DNA of 50,339 nucleotides, counting the filler, from Catajapyx aquilonaris (taxonomy: Eukaryota): NCBI GenBank assembly GCA_000934665.2. It is 2 parts of 2 records of this genome, joined end to end, with 100 filler letters (N's around TTAATTAATTAA, not from the genome) between each part and the next. Parts side by side here need not be neighbours in the genome. Positions count along the whole stretch, not along the records: positions 1 to 25,124 come from JYFJ02005424.1; 1 more part is not named here. One strand, written 5' to 3'. Below are positions 1-11,872 of this stretch, piece by piece. The notes under the pieces were generated by a model that was given only the letters and a program-made list of their open reading frames with translations, did no database searches and was not told the DNA's origin. Each line of letters begins with the position of its first letter. The first letter of the stretch is position 1. Position numbers and translations under genes: made by a program.

Positions 1-98
1 TCACGTGGTACCAGATGAAAAAAATTTGGCGGCTTTTTCGATTTTTAAAATGGAAAGGTCCACTGTGCCCCGTGGTCCACTGTGCCCCAGTCTCCCCA

Positions 99-1142
99 TA
101 TCATATTCCATTAAAATTCATACGTTAATTATCTCTGGCTATAATTAGGCAGCAATAATGTTCTATGCTTCTGGCCACCTGGTTATAACATCACTCAAGC
201 CCCACCCCCAATTTGTTCGAAGAGGGCGTTTAATTTTCGGTTGCCAGAATATGTATACCGTAGGGTGACCGGTGACGTCATGAAAATAAACAACACGGCC
301 GAAATTCGAACCTTTCTTGTAACTCGTCAATTCCCGTCTTAGCTGCCAGTCTCGCTGATTCCGTGCCACTGTTGACCTGGGGTCAAATCCGTGCCTCAGG
401 TCGCCCATATCAGGCTGGCACTGGGCCTGTGAAACGATCGGCTCGTAGTGACGAACGATGACGCTAACTGAGGGGAGGGGGCGTGCCAACGAAATCGGTC
501 GCGAGTTGAGAATTAATAAACAACGGACTCGGTAGGCCTCGATTGAGCATTACAACAGGAAGGACCAGTCACAGGGCAGGATGCGAATTTGTTTTATTTT
601 CTCGCCGAGTCTTCCTGACATTGTCGCTACCATTGTCGTTATCACCTGCTGTTCCTCAACTTATGATTCATGTTGGCCGCCATATTGCTCAATTCGAACT
701 CGAAACTGCTTGCCAACAGAATCGTTATTGGCATTACAGCACCGAATTCGGAACAGAGGGGTCCAGCAACAAAGAGCGGGGGTAAGGGGCGGGGCCTAAC
801 TGCCGGCTTTCCAATCCCGTGAAAGCAGCGCCGATCGGTTCAAGTCAGTTTGACGTCACCGCTAGTCAGTACGAACCGATCGGCGTTAAGAGAATACAGG
901 CCATGTACCAGACGAGTCATAGACGAGTCACAAGACAGGTTAGAATTTCGGCCGTGTTGTTTATTTTCACGACGTCACCCTACGTCACCTACTCAGGCAA
1001 CCGAAAACTAAACCCGCCCTTCGAACAAATTGGGGGAGGGGCCTGAGTGGCGTCAAAACAAGGTGGCCAGGAGCATGGGACATTATTTCTTCCGAATTAT
1101 AGCCAGAGATTATTAACGGATAGATTTTAATTGAAGGTGATA
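99..1142. mobile_element. Foldback/MITE-like element (~1.04 kb) with ~215-bp imperfect terminal inverted repeats
   Basis: ~99-315 (…tatctctggctataatt…ccaatttgttcgaag…gaaaataaacaacacggccgaaatt) is the reverse complement of ~935-1142; TA at both ends; no transposase ORF. Confidence 0.7.
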
Positions 1143-1425
1143 CATTTATAGACCATTAGAGTACTATGCAATCAAAATGCTTATGATTTTTAAATTAAAT
1201 AGTAAATTCGAATTCTCTCATTATTTTATCTTCATCTGGCCAGCCAGGGCCAGCAGGTAGAACTCATTCTGATTGGCTCGCGAGGAGTTTGAAAGTTAAT
1301 CCCATTGGCTTGCGCGAGAGTGGGCGGGGTTCGAAGTTAAGTCCGACGACAATATTTTGCTGTATCGGAGAATAATTATCAATTAATCATATTTTCACTT
1401 CTAGTACACTTCCATTTATTTCACA

Positions 1426-1639
1426 ACTAGCAGGATACCCGTTCTTCGCACGAGAATCGAAGATATTAATATATTGAAAAAATAGTAGAAGTTGTTATGG
1501 TAACTCCGTTGCCATGGACACCCGTTGCTATGACAGAGTATGGTGGTAGAGGGGCAGTGCGGTAGAGGGGAAGGGACGGTAGAGGGGGACATACCGACAA
1601 ACGCTGCCTTTTATATATACTGTATATATACAGTAAGAT
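1426..1639 (+). mobile_element. Short non-autonomous Helitron/DINE-like repeat, copy 1
   Basis: Starts actagcaggatacccgttcttcgcac and ends gggacataccgacaaac…tatat…agat; near-identical ends at ~47993-48198; internal GTTGCCATGG-type tandem units. Confidence 0.55.
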
Positions 1640-2590
1640 TTGTTTTGCACCGCATCCGCAAAACCCGACTGTTTCACTGTTTGTGTTACTCTGTGCCCTT
1701 TATGTCGAATAATACAAACTCTTCTTCACTTAAATTTCTGACAATACAGAGTGTTTCTAACTAGCGTGTCAATAATTTTATTACCCGCCAGTGATTTGGA
1801 TAGTGGGTAAGAAATATCGAGAGTATCGTTACCGGAATGATTCCCCCCCCCCCCCACACACACACGCATATCCGCTGTTATTGGTGGTGTACCAATGGAA
1901 AAGGGTTTCTATTGGCCCTATCTCTCTCTTGGCTCTGTGATCCCTCCCTCACACCTCTTCTTCCTTCCACGTGGTGACTAGTTTCATTTGACCAGTAGAA
2001 TGCTTTTTGCGAGGTGCTCCGGAAAGGGCATGCAATGGCCGGATGGTGTAGTACTGTATGCACAGCAACGCTTTCTTGGCCACAAAGGCGCATGACGACA
2101 AAATTTGGACAAAGTTTGATTATTCCACCTGAGAGCACCGAAATGGCTAGAAACGCAGATTTTGACCATGGTATCTGTGCAACTTAGCAGACAAAATAAT
2201 ATGTAAAAAAAAAAAGTTTAATTTTTGCATCTACTACACAGGGTGGTGCACTCTACAAGTCCCCGGGCTATCAGGGGGGAAGCGAAGAACGCCACCGTAC
2301 AAGGCGAAGGTAGGATTTTGAAACCGGGGAGGAAATAATAGGATATCCAAACAAACTCACCTGAACACGAAGAGAACTCACCGAAAAGCGCTCCAAGTGA
2401 GAAAATCAATATCCTACTCGGGGAACGAATGCGGGACCTTGATGTGGAAGGCCTGATGTTACAACTGAACCACGATGCCTTCCCGGAGGTAGGCCATTGC
2501 CAGGGGACGGATATAGGCGAGTCTGGAGGCGGTTGTCACAACCTGGGGACCTCCCGGGGATCCATTATCTGCTTCTTCGTTCCAATTTTG

Positions 2591-3075
2591 ATATATCAAG
2601 GTGTCCCTTACTAGTCGCCCTTCCGTCCGGCAGTACACTCTTTGCCCCAAAACAAGTCGTAAATGTAGGGAGGAGAAATGTGGAGGCAGTAACCGGTAAC
2701 GAGATAAACGCTGATCAAGATGAGGTCGCCCGTAAGACAATCGCTGCAACCCACGCACCGGCTTTTGTGCGGGAGGAGCGGCAATGGCTTTAGCAAGGTC
2801 GTCTCGCGCTCAGGGAGCAATGTCGGGTTCATCTCCTGCCCCCTAGGCAACCCCTACACGTGAAGGAGTCTATTGCCGCTCCTCCCGCACAAAAGCCGGT
2901 GGGTGGGTGGCCGCGATTGTCTTAGGGGCGACCTCGTGTCTCGATCACCATCGTTTATCTCGTTACCGGTTACTGGCTCGACATTTCTCCTCCCTACATT
3001 TACGACTTGTTTTGGGCCAATGAGTGCACTGCCAGACGGGAGGGCGACTAGATAGTAAGGGTCACCCTGATATAT
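2591..3075. mobile_element. MITE with ~190-bp inverted arms
   Basis: 2591-2785 is the imperfect reverse complement of 2872-3075; the mirror-image ORFs in the track (LVALPSGS…PKQVVNVGRRNVE) come from this symmetry. Confidence 0.75.
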
Positions 3076-3726
3076 GGTGTAGCACTGGGAGTATAATGTC
3101 ATGTGATGGCATCTCTGCCAATACTTGTATCAATGCGGGTAACTGCTATTCGCGATGGTATTGTGGTTTACTGCACATCTTCTGGTTAGGACAAGACAGA
3201 AGCGGAGTGGAAATTGAGAGAGAAGGAACAGAGACAGGGAGAGCGAGGGTAAGATTAGAGATGCAAATAAAAGAAGTGAGTGTTGGGGGTATTCAGGTAA
3301 TGGGAAGAGAAAGGGGGGATGTACTGTTCATAGAGTATGGACAGTATCTAATCCAAGGCAATATGGAATCATCCACCTGTAGCATTACTCCAATAATTTT
3401 TCTGGATAGCTGGATACCCCCTCTTTGCAATGCGATAGTTAATTGGCTATACAGTACTGTTCAATAGATCTAGGTAATATCGTCAATATCGGTCTTAACA
3501 AACATTTTGTTTTAGTATTACTACTGCTACCATATAATGTACAGAGGTTTCTTTTTTATGTTTATAATGATGTACAAGTATAAGTTATAAATTAAAGGGT
3601 AAAAATTTATTAAGGGTGACGTAAAAGCGTACAATAAGCCAGTCATTTTTTAAAGTTTACCCGGTAAGGATGAGGCGGAGTACAAAGTGGCACAATATAT
3701 TTTTTGGCTGAATTACCGTAGTTACC

Positions 3727-4665
3727 AGTGATGGGGAAGATACTTTCAAAAAGTATCTAGATAAGATACTAGACACTTGGAAATATTTCCATCTAGATAC
3801 TGTACTAGATACTCGTTCGACATTGTATCTAGATAAAATTTCGGATACCGTCCATACAACCCCATATACGATATACTGACTCGCAGGCGTGTGCGAATAT
3901 ACAAGGTGATTCTCTGGAATGGAAACCCAAACATTCCTCAATAACTTTTTAACTATGGTATGGTTCCAGGTGAAAATTGACATGTATCATGCCAAACAAG
4001 GTCTGATTAAAGAATATACCAAAAGTGGTCCCCTCCAGCATCCAGGAAGAAGCCAGGGGGAATCTCAAGGCAACAGTCCCTGTTGCCTTGAGATTCCCCC
4101 TGGCCAAGCGGGCGGGCGGCCTAGGATGGATGCATGGCCGCCGCGAATCAGCACGAGTCTTCGGCAATATGCAGACTCGCAATAAAAAGTTCCTGGATGC
4201 TGGAGGGGACCACTTTTGGTATATTCTTTAATCAGACCTTGTTTGGCATGATACAAGGTAAGTACATGTCAATTTTCACTGGGAACCATAGCATAGTTAA
4301 AAAGTTATTGAGGAATGTTTGGGTTTCCATTCCAGAGAATCACCCTGTATTTATTTTGACTTATTTGTCATCCTCAATAACATTATACTCTGGTTCACTG
4401 TGAATTGAAACATATGTATAGTTTATTCGTTTGGAACTGTAATATAATAAGCTACTCTAGAGTCTACAGTGTAGGGGAATCATGTTTTCATCAGGAAAAT
4501 CACCTAAAAAGTATCTGGAAAAGTATCTGGTGATGCCACACAGATACTCTACGAGTGTACGTAAAGTAGCTAGATACAAGTATAGATACACAAACTTCTA
4601 ATTATCTAGATGAGATAAATATATTCATTTTGGTATCTAGATACTTGTATCTAGATACTTCCCAA
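3727..4665. mobile_element. hAT-like non-autonomous element with TATCTAGATAC subrepeats, interrupted by a nested MITE
   Basis: Begins cagtgatgggg; (g)tatctagatac motifs cluster at 3750-3835 and 4510-4660; ends …gatacttcccaa. Confidence 0.5.
3902..4347. mobile_element. Tc1/mariner/pogo-type MITE
   Basis: ~145-bp near-perfect inverted arms (caaggtgattctctggaatggaaaccc… / …gggtttccattccagagaatcaccctg), flanked by TA on both sides. Confidence 0.8.
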
Positions 4666-6316
4666 GGTAAAATAATATTTTTCAACGTCGAGCTTACGTG
4701 TATTCCTTGAAAACACATGCTAACATGAGCATATATTCGAAAATTTATTATGTGACACAGCTACATAATATATTCGCCTTTATCTTCGACTGTGCGCTTT
4801 GGGGGTGCAACTGCACCCCACCATACTGTTCCCAATGGTCACTTTTTCCTGTCCATTTTTCTTGCTTCTCCTATGGTTTTAATTGACCAAACTTCATCAA
4901 AGATTTTTCCTGCCACGCTACCATATATGGACGGTGTTATGCAATAAAGTGTCAACCCACAAAAATGTCAAAATTGTGTTAAACCCAGGAACATATATCC
5001 AAAGGATCGTACTTCATTCAGTTAAAATCCAGCTGGCGAAATCTTCATGCTTCTGCCATAAATGACCGAAACGTAAACCCACAAATGGGGACCAATATGA
5101 AGCTTAGGCGATGACGTCACATATGAAGGAAAAGGAGAAGCATAACAATCGGCGCTGGGGTAGGTTTGCACCAAACCTCATCATTGCCGGCCTAGCAGTT
5201 TTCATGCGACAGTCGCGCATCGATGTCTTATTGATTTCATGAAACTTAGGGCATAAAAAATTAATGCTTGCATATATTATATTAGGCGCTGGTCTAGGGT
5301 ACGGTCTGACTATACATTTGTACTACATGTACTATATTTATATAACTAGAGTTTTATGGGGGTGTATTTGCGCTCCGCCTCATCAGAATAAGTTGGGTCC
5401 GTGACCTCACCAATTCCACATTTATCAAGCTTATTTTTCTTATTATTCTGACAGTATAATGTTATAACAGTATTACGACAATGCCAACTATTGTATAACC
5501 TATAGTGTCATACAAAATTTCTGCAAATGCAATAGGACGCATTATCTGCCTGTTCTAGTGTGCAAACCGACAATGAAATGCGCAGAAATGAGAAGGAAAG
5601 GAGAATATTTTTCAAACTCTCGGTTTCTTTAGTAACTTAGGCCTACACAGTAACATGCACAAAGCATATTATTGTCAATAGTACAATATGAATCCTTGAT
5701 TTTCAAAACCCTTATTGTCATAATTTGGTCAAAATTAAATTTTGAATTATGCAATATACGTAATTGTATAACTTATAATCTCGGAACGTGCTTTCTAACG
5801 GCCAGATGAGTTTTTTGCTAGATCAAAATATGCAGTTCCCTAAGGAAATGTTTGCTAGAAATTCATCCCTTAGGGAATAATGCAACTTTCAAACTTGCAA
5901 CCCTGAAACATCTACATCTTCATGGCGGCTTGGATCGTTCTGCATTTCAAGTCTTCGTATTGTCATTGTGTTCGGTTTTTCCGCTTCTCAGCGTTGGGAA
6001 GAGAAAAACAAAGGTTTGACATAAAAATGACAGGGCTGCCTCTCTTTTATCCCCTAAACCAAGTAGCCGCTTGAAAGATGTCCAACCAATGAGATCGATC
6101 TCTAGATCCACTCAGCCATAGGCACTGAAGAGATCGCGGCATGTACTCCCATACAAATCCCCCTGGAAGACGTCAGCATGACCCCCCACCCACCCCCACC
6201 CCCACCCACCGCCCCCCTCTTATTAATACAATATAATCCCTCGTGATTCGGGTTCGGGTTCGGGTTCGGATTTGGTGGGCAAACTAAAAGTGAGGGGGGG
6301 GGTACTTCTCCTGCAG

Positions 6317-6604
6317 GAGGTGAGGTTCAAGGCGCACAACCCAAAGGCTCACTCCAAAGGAGGCTCGCTAGAGAACTCTGTGAATGGTCGGTCAGGCGAC
6401 GCAGAAGCGGCCACAGCCCTCCTCCTACCGCCGGGCAAGGACATCAACAAGATATTGGGGCTCACCCCGTCGGCCATTGACATGTACTCTCGCATCATGT
6501 TCCCGGTCTTTTTCGTCTGCTTCCAGCTCATGTACTGGATTATCTACCTGCACATCAGCGACGTCATAGCCGACGATCTCGTCTTGCTCAATGCTGATGA
6601 ATAA
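6317..6604 (+). CDS. Rdl: GABA-gated chloride channel RDL, terminal coding exon copy 1 (end of M3-M4 loop, M4, stop; 95 aa)
   Basis: Acceptor cttctcctgcag|[27 protein letters not shown]…[60 protein letters not shown] matches the insect RDL C-terminus ([20 protein letters not shown]…[39 protein letters not shown]). Confidence 0.93.
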   Translation, partial: EVRFKAHNPKAHSKGGSLENSVNGRSGDAEAATALLLPPGKDINKILGLTPSAIDMYSRIMFPVFFVCFQLMYWIIYLHISDVIADDLVLLNADE

Positions 6605-7465
6605 TAATTACTTACCGATTCCTACCTTTTTTGTAACTGTTTCGAGTACCCATCATCAGCAGCGCTCCTCCCCTACCCTCCCAACCTCACCCTTTAAACA
6701 AATAAACGTAGAGGATGTGCACAGGCACTGTGTAGATGTGTACTTAGCACGTCGTAACGCAGTTTTCGCTGAAGGCAGTGATGTCGACTAGAGATTTTCT
6801 GCATGGTCGAGGCTTATGGTAACTGACTTGCGCAGCACGCAGTTGGAAAATGACTTACTGCGCAAACATCTGAGCAGATGTACTGCGCGTAACTCAGACT
6901 CATGCGCGATAGCCCTGCAAGAGCGTCGTCGACATTTGAGTGCATCGAAAGTCAGTAATCCCAAGTGCCGACCATACAAGAATGCTTTAAAGTCGACGAA
7001 GATTACAAGTGTCAGTAGGGCAGAAAACAAGACATATGTATAATATGCTAGTTGAATTAGTCATGCCATAAACGACACTTTTCTCAATGGCAGTGGCTCC
7101 TTGTAATCTGTCAAGAGCGACTTACATTACCACGCTACATTGCGAATTGCCTTCCTCAGGTTTTCCTACCCTATTTCCATCATGGCCTGACCATCTGTTC
7201 TGCGCAACAATTGAAATGTCTGGAAACTATGTTGGTTGAGTTTGAAAAGTGATATTTACGTCTTCTCGCACATTCTGCTTACCATACGAAAAGTGCCAAA
7301 AAGTGCAGTATGTCGCTCGGCACAACGATTCGTCGCACTTGACAATTTCCAAGTGTAATAATTGTTTTGTTTTGTTTCGTCGATTATTTTGCAAACAAGA
7401 AACGTTTATAAGATGTGATTTTAGACTTAATAGATGTGGTTATTGTACATTTTGCAGGCAATTTT

Positions 7466-7631
7466 AGTAGTCTCTCGGTCTGATGGGAAATGGCGCCCTA
7501 GGTGAGGCTTACTAATTTTGGCGCCCCCCATAAGTGACTCCAAAACCTACTCAAATTGCGAAGCCCGTACTCCCGTACGCAGTGGCGCCCTAGGCAGTCG
7601 CCCAGGTCGCCTAGCCAGAAGACCGGCACTG
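7466..7631. mobile_element. Short GC-rich hAT-like MITE remnant
   Basis: Repeated ggcgccctagg motifs and end …cgcctagccagaagaccggcactg, a GC island in AT-rich context; left end degenerate. Confidence 0.4.
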
Positions 7632-7951
7632 ACGTGTTAAGCTTATAAGGTACTATATTTTGAAAAACAAAGTGCAAAATCAAGGTTGATAATGATCTTG
7701 TTGATATCTGGACCAGTACCATTCATTAATTGATCAGAGCCTATACAAAGAACTAAAAGTAATTGATTAAAGAGCCGAATAAAGTGGATGTGGAACGTTT
7801 TGTGGCCCTCTTGGTGCAGAGTAGAGCAATGCTGACTGCAATATTAACGCTACACTCTCCATACCATGAATATTTCTAGTACTTCATATTGTAATACCAG
7901 TAACAATCTATATGAAGAAATGTAATGAGTGTAAACTACTGCCAACAATGG

Positions 7952-7968
7952 CATCTGCTCAAGACTGA
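7952..7968 (+). promoter_or_regulatory. Conserved 17-nt element CATCTGCTCAAGACTGA downstream of Rdl exon copy 1 (putative 3'UTR miRNA target)
   Basis: Identical at 12857-12873 and 19570-19586 although the flanks are strongly diverged. Confidence 0.65.
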
Positions 7969-10900
7969 TGTAATCTCAAAGTGTGTGAGCAAGACATACA
8001 CAAGTAAGCTGCCTCCGGCACAAAAAATATTGTTACACGTGTGAAGTGCAGAGTGTGGAAAATAAGGATTCTATGTTATAACCCTTTTCATAGGATTACA
8101 TGAGCTGTACAGTATGTGTCTATCGTATAGGCATCACCAAAGCATAATAATTTCCCTTAACTTCACTCTCGCTTGTTTACAGACGAAAAATGCTATATCA
8201 CAAATCGGTGTTCAAATCATGTCACAGAAATTATAGTATTTGCTGGGGGACCTTTGTTAGTGTGTTATTTACCTGCACCTATATCTGAAGCGTTGTGTGT
8301 ATCTTAAACAAGTTGATAATGTCATTTATACTCTAAAAATATTGCACCGACTCTCACAGCATTTTTACAACATAACCAAAGCGGCAGTTTATGTTTAACC
8401 CCAAAAAATACTGCATTTTCTGAAACTACTTGATCAAATCTGTGTAGAATGCTATATAACTTTACACATAAAAGCTATTTAATCCATTGCAGAGAGGATC
8501 TGTCGTCATACAGTACATTTTAAGGTACGCTAAGTTCGGATATACGCGGTGACTCGAGTTCATATGCAAATACATTGCGCTTGTCAGGGATTAATTTTGT
8601 GGTAGATGTTGTCTACTTATATTCGATTGTCCTAATCCAGTGAGTAAGTTTAAGTGTACTTCGCTTACAGCTCATTCATTTGCTCACATCCGTCCCTTAC
8701 CCACATTTAATTTGCTTGTCTCCCTCACCACATTCACCAACGTCGTGTGTTTGTACGTACATACCGTAGAATTATTACCATTGTATACAAAGAAAACTTC
8801 AGAGGGAGAGTGACGTCATTTATGAGGATGTGAAAAGCGCTTGTTTTCTCTTATCTCTCATTTGGAGAATGGTGTAAAATGGACTCTGTGCGACTTGAAA
8901 GAAAGGTACTGAAAGTGAAAGTGGATATTGTTTTGTGATTCTGGTCGTAACTTCATATATTATCCTATGAACCTTTTTCGGAATTATCATGACACCTCTC
9001 ATCGGATATCTATCAATTTTAAAACCAATAATATCAGTTTCACAGTAATTGAGGAGATGACCAGAATGACAAAGTTGGAAAGCAATACGAACTTGTGTTG
9101 ATTAGTTTTCCATATAGTCAGGCAGTGAGTTTTCATGCAATGTGCGTGGTACTCATATTTTAGACGCAGAGAAGATTGTAAATACAAAACGCTGATGAAA
9201 CGTTCTTCCCTTGTTCTTACTTCTCCCAAGTTCAAGGTTATTCATGTAAAGCTTCTGTTCTCTAATAATTCTGGAATATCCGCACATGCCCTTGATGACA
9301 TTTCTGGAGGAGTTTGTATTTCCGAGAGGATATCCTCCTGGAGTTATGAGGACGTCGAATGAGGATAATCCTGGATATCTATGTATATCATCGATTGTCC
9401 AGGATATGTGAGCTAATCAGATATTGTCGAGAATGACAGACGTTTCGGACCTAAGAAACGCATGTCATAGTATAGAGAACCTATACATGACCCCTTGTCT
9501 TGTATGAACGTCATCACAACGTTACCTTTACCTAGAGTAGTAAAGAAGGGTTGCATGTACGTATATGGCGGCTCATCGGGCCCGTTTCGCTCAATGTCCT
9601 GCAAAAAACAAAGCACGACTTCAGAAAAAGTCTTTTTAAGAAATATCTAGTACTATGGATACCCAAGTACGGAGCAGCTGATGGCGGACAGTGACGTGAA
9701 AACGGCGCGTTGAGTGACTGATGGGGTGATTAATGACCAAACGCAACCTTATAACGGTCAGTTACCAACAGTCTTTGTAGTGGTTTATCTATCATATATA
9801 TCATTATATATTATAATTCTTTGGATGACGCATGGAGCACGCATTTGATTTGTAGGCGTAAAGTGCATACAGGATGAGGTTGAATGTCTGCCCTACCCGT
9901 TTTGCGCATCTGCGCAGCCGCGTGGCTTCGGGAATATAATATATATGTGGGTGTGTGTGGGTGTGTGACCTCACTCGTGTGTGTTGACGCGATGAGTTGC
10001 CAAGGTGCTAAAAGCGACTAGGGCTCGACTTCTTCCACACCCGGTATCACATACATAGATTCGGAACAAGGACGTTGAGGACGTCAGGTCCTATTTTATG
10101 GAATGCTGTGTATGACTTATTTTCTTTTAAAATTTATTTTTTCTGAAGTTTCATGGCGCTGAGTGCATGGCTTTGAATCCTGGTTGGTTGAGTAAGGTCC
10201 GACAAGTACGAGTTCGCATTACACTTTTTTGAAAAATTGAAGACATTGACATCTATGGATATCTATTGATACATCTATTGATATTTTCTGAAAACATGCG
10301 TGATATTTACGTGAATTCATCAATCCAGTGTTACGCGGAACAATATCGTGATAATTTCAATTTTGTTCATGACCTTATTCAACTCAATCTGTCATGAGCC
10401 TACTCTATAACAAATAGTTCGCTTGGTAGTTTACTCCCACTACCAGGTGGTTCAGAATCGACCAAAAGACGAATATTGCCTTTACATGGAACAGCAAGTT
10501 TTATTTGTAATTTGTTTAAGGAGTAACATGATATGTTAATGGATTTCGTATAACCATACCACCTATAGTTGAGAAAGATGTGATCACTCAATTTCTTAGT
10601 AGATTTGTGGTCATACGAACATCCGTCATCAGGTTTCCATGTGAATAAAAGGCACATACCAGGATGAAGTGTTTCTGGGGAAACAAGATCTCTACCTCGC
10701 ACTTCACTCAAATTTAGTGATACGCTCTTGACTAATTGAACCGTTAAGGAATCATTCTGGTGCAACTTTTTGGTTCCTTGGCAAAAGTGTTTGTCAATTT
10801 TGCTTATAAAAAAAGGTATGCACAAAGGTATTTAAAAAGCACGAAAAATCTTGGCTGCGAGTTCCTTTTCATGGACTTAGCTAATACTTAGACATCCTCA

Positions 10901-11560
10901 CTGAGATGTGAAGGGTGGAAAATGATAACAGCACAAGTCCATATGTCTCCAAATGCTGCACGACAAGGCATTTTAATTCCCAATTTATCTCTAATGTGTC
11001 TGAGGAAAGAACTAGATCTATTATTTTAGGATGAGCGCATGCTAATTGTCTATTAACACTGGTTAATAGACAATTAGCATGGCACAATTTTGGTTAATTT
11101 TCTCCCAGAGGATGAGTAAATTTTGGGGGACAGCAGTAGCAATGGTACTTGCATAATTAACTGCAAGCGGGTGAGGCAGCTAACTAACACTTATTTTGAT
11201 ATCGGTAATAACAATACCTACCTACAGTGCTAATAACGTGAGAATAATTTCAATGAAATATGGTGGAGTATCGCTGCCTGTGCTACCTCTGGGATATTAA
11301 ACAACAAATACAACTTCATTATTTCCATCGTAATAAGTCGGTCTTGACTGGAAATAATACCTGTGAGGCTGTTTTAGACCTCAGGACTTGTCGGTTATCA
11401 CTCTCCTGCCTTCGAATGCAGCATGAATAAGCTTGTCCCCGTCACAAACCGAAAGGAACGCTCGCTTTGACCGCTTCCAAACTGGTCTGGAAACCACCTG
11501 ATATTCGAGCATGGTCGCCATATCGTATCCGAGCTATACGACAATGTATTTCTTTGGCAG

Positions 11561-11872
11561 GAGGTGCGGTTCAAGGCACACAACCCAAAGGCCCTCTGCA
11601 AAGGCGGGACCCTCCTGGAGAACACAGTCAACGGAGGTGGTGGTCAGGGCGACGAAGAGTCGGCGACTGGTACTGGAACCACGCCTCATCTTCTGCCACC
11701 GGGAAAGAACATCAACAAGATGTTCGGTATCACGTCGGCCGACATCGACAAGTACTCCCGAATCGTGTTCCCAGTTTGTTTCGTCTGTTTCAATCTTATG
11801 TACTGGGTCATCTATCTGCACATCAGCGACGTATTGGCCGACGACCTCGTCTTGCTCAATGAAGAATCTTAA
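11561..11872 (+). CDS. Rdl: RDL terminal coding exon copy 2 (closest to canonical; 103 aa)
   Basis: Acceptor tatttctttggcag|[31 protein letters not shown]…[62 protein letters not shown]. Confidence 0.94.
   Translation, partial: EVRFKAHNPKALCKGGTLLENTVNGGGGQGDEESATGTGTTPHLLPPGKNINKMFGITSADIDKYSRIVFPVCFVCFNLMYWVIYLHISDVLADDLVLLNEES

Noticed and set aside
163..4403. Short ORFs in the first 4.4 kb, including mirror-image pairs
   Set aside because: They lie in inverted-repeat elements; there is no recognisable domain, and the paired ORFs are symmetry artefacts.
5426..5435. CAAGCTTATT as a selector sequence for Rdl exon copy 1
   Set aside because: Only 10 nt, AT-rich and ~880 nt from the acceptor; compatible with chance.
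7900..7970. Box C/D snoRNA, since the conserved element ends in CTGA
   Set aside because: No conserved box C or terminal stem in the three copies, and I recognise no rRNA complementarity.
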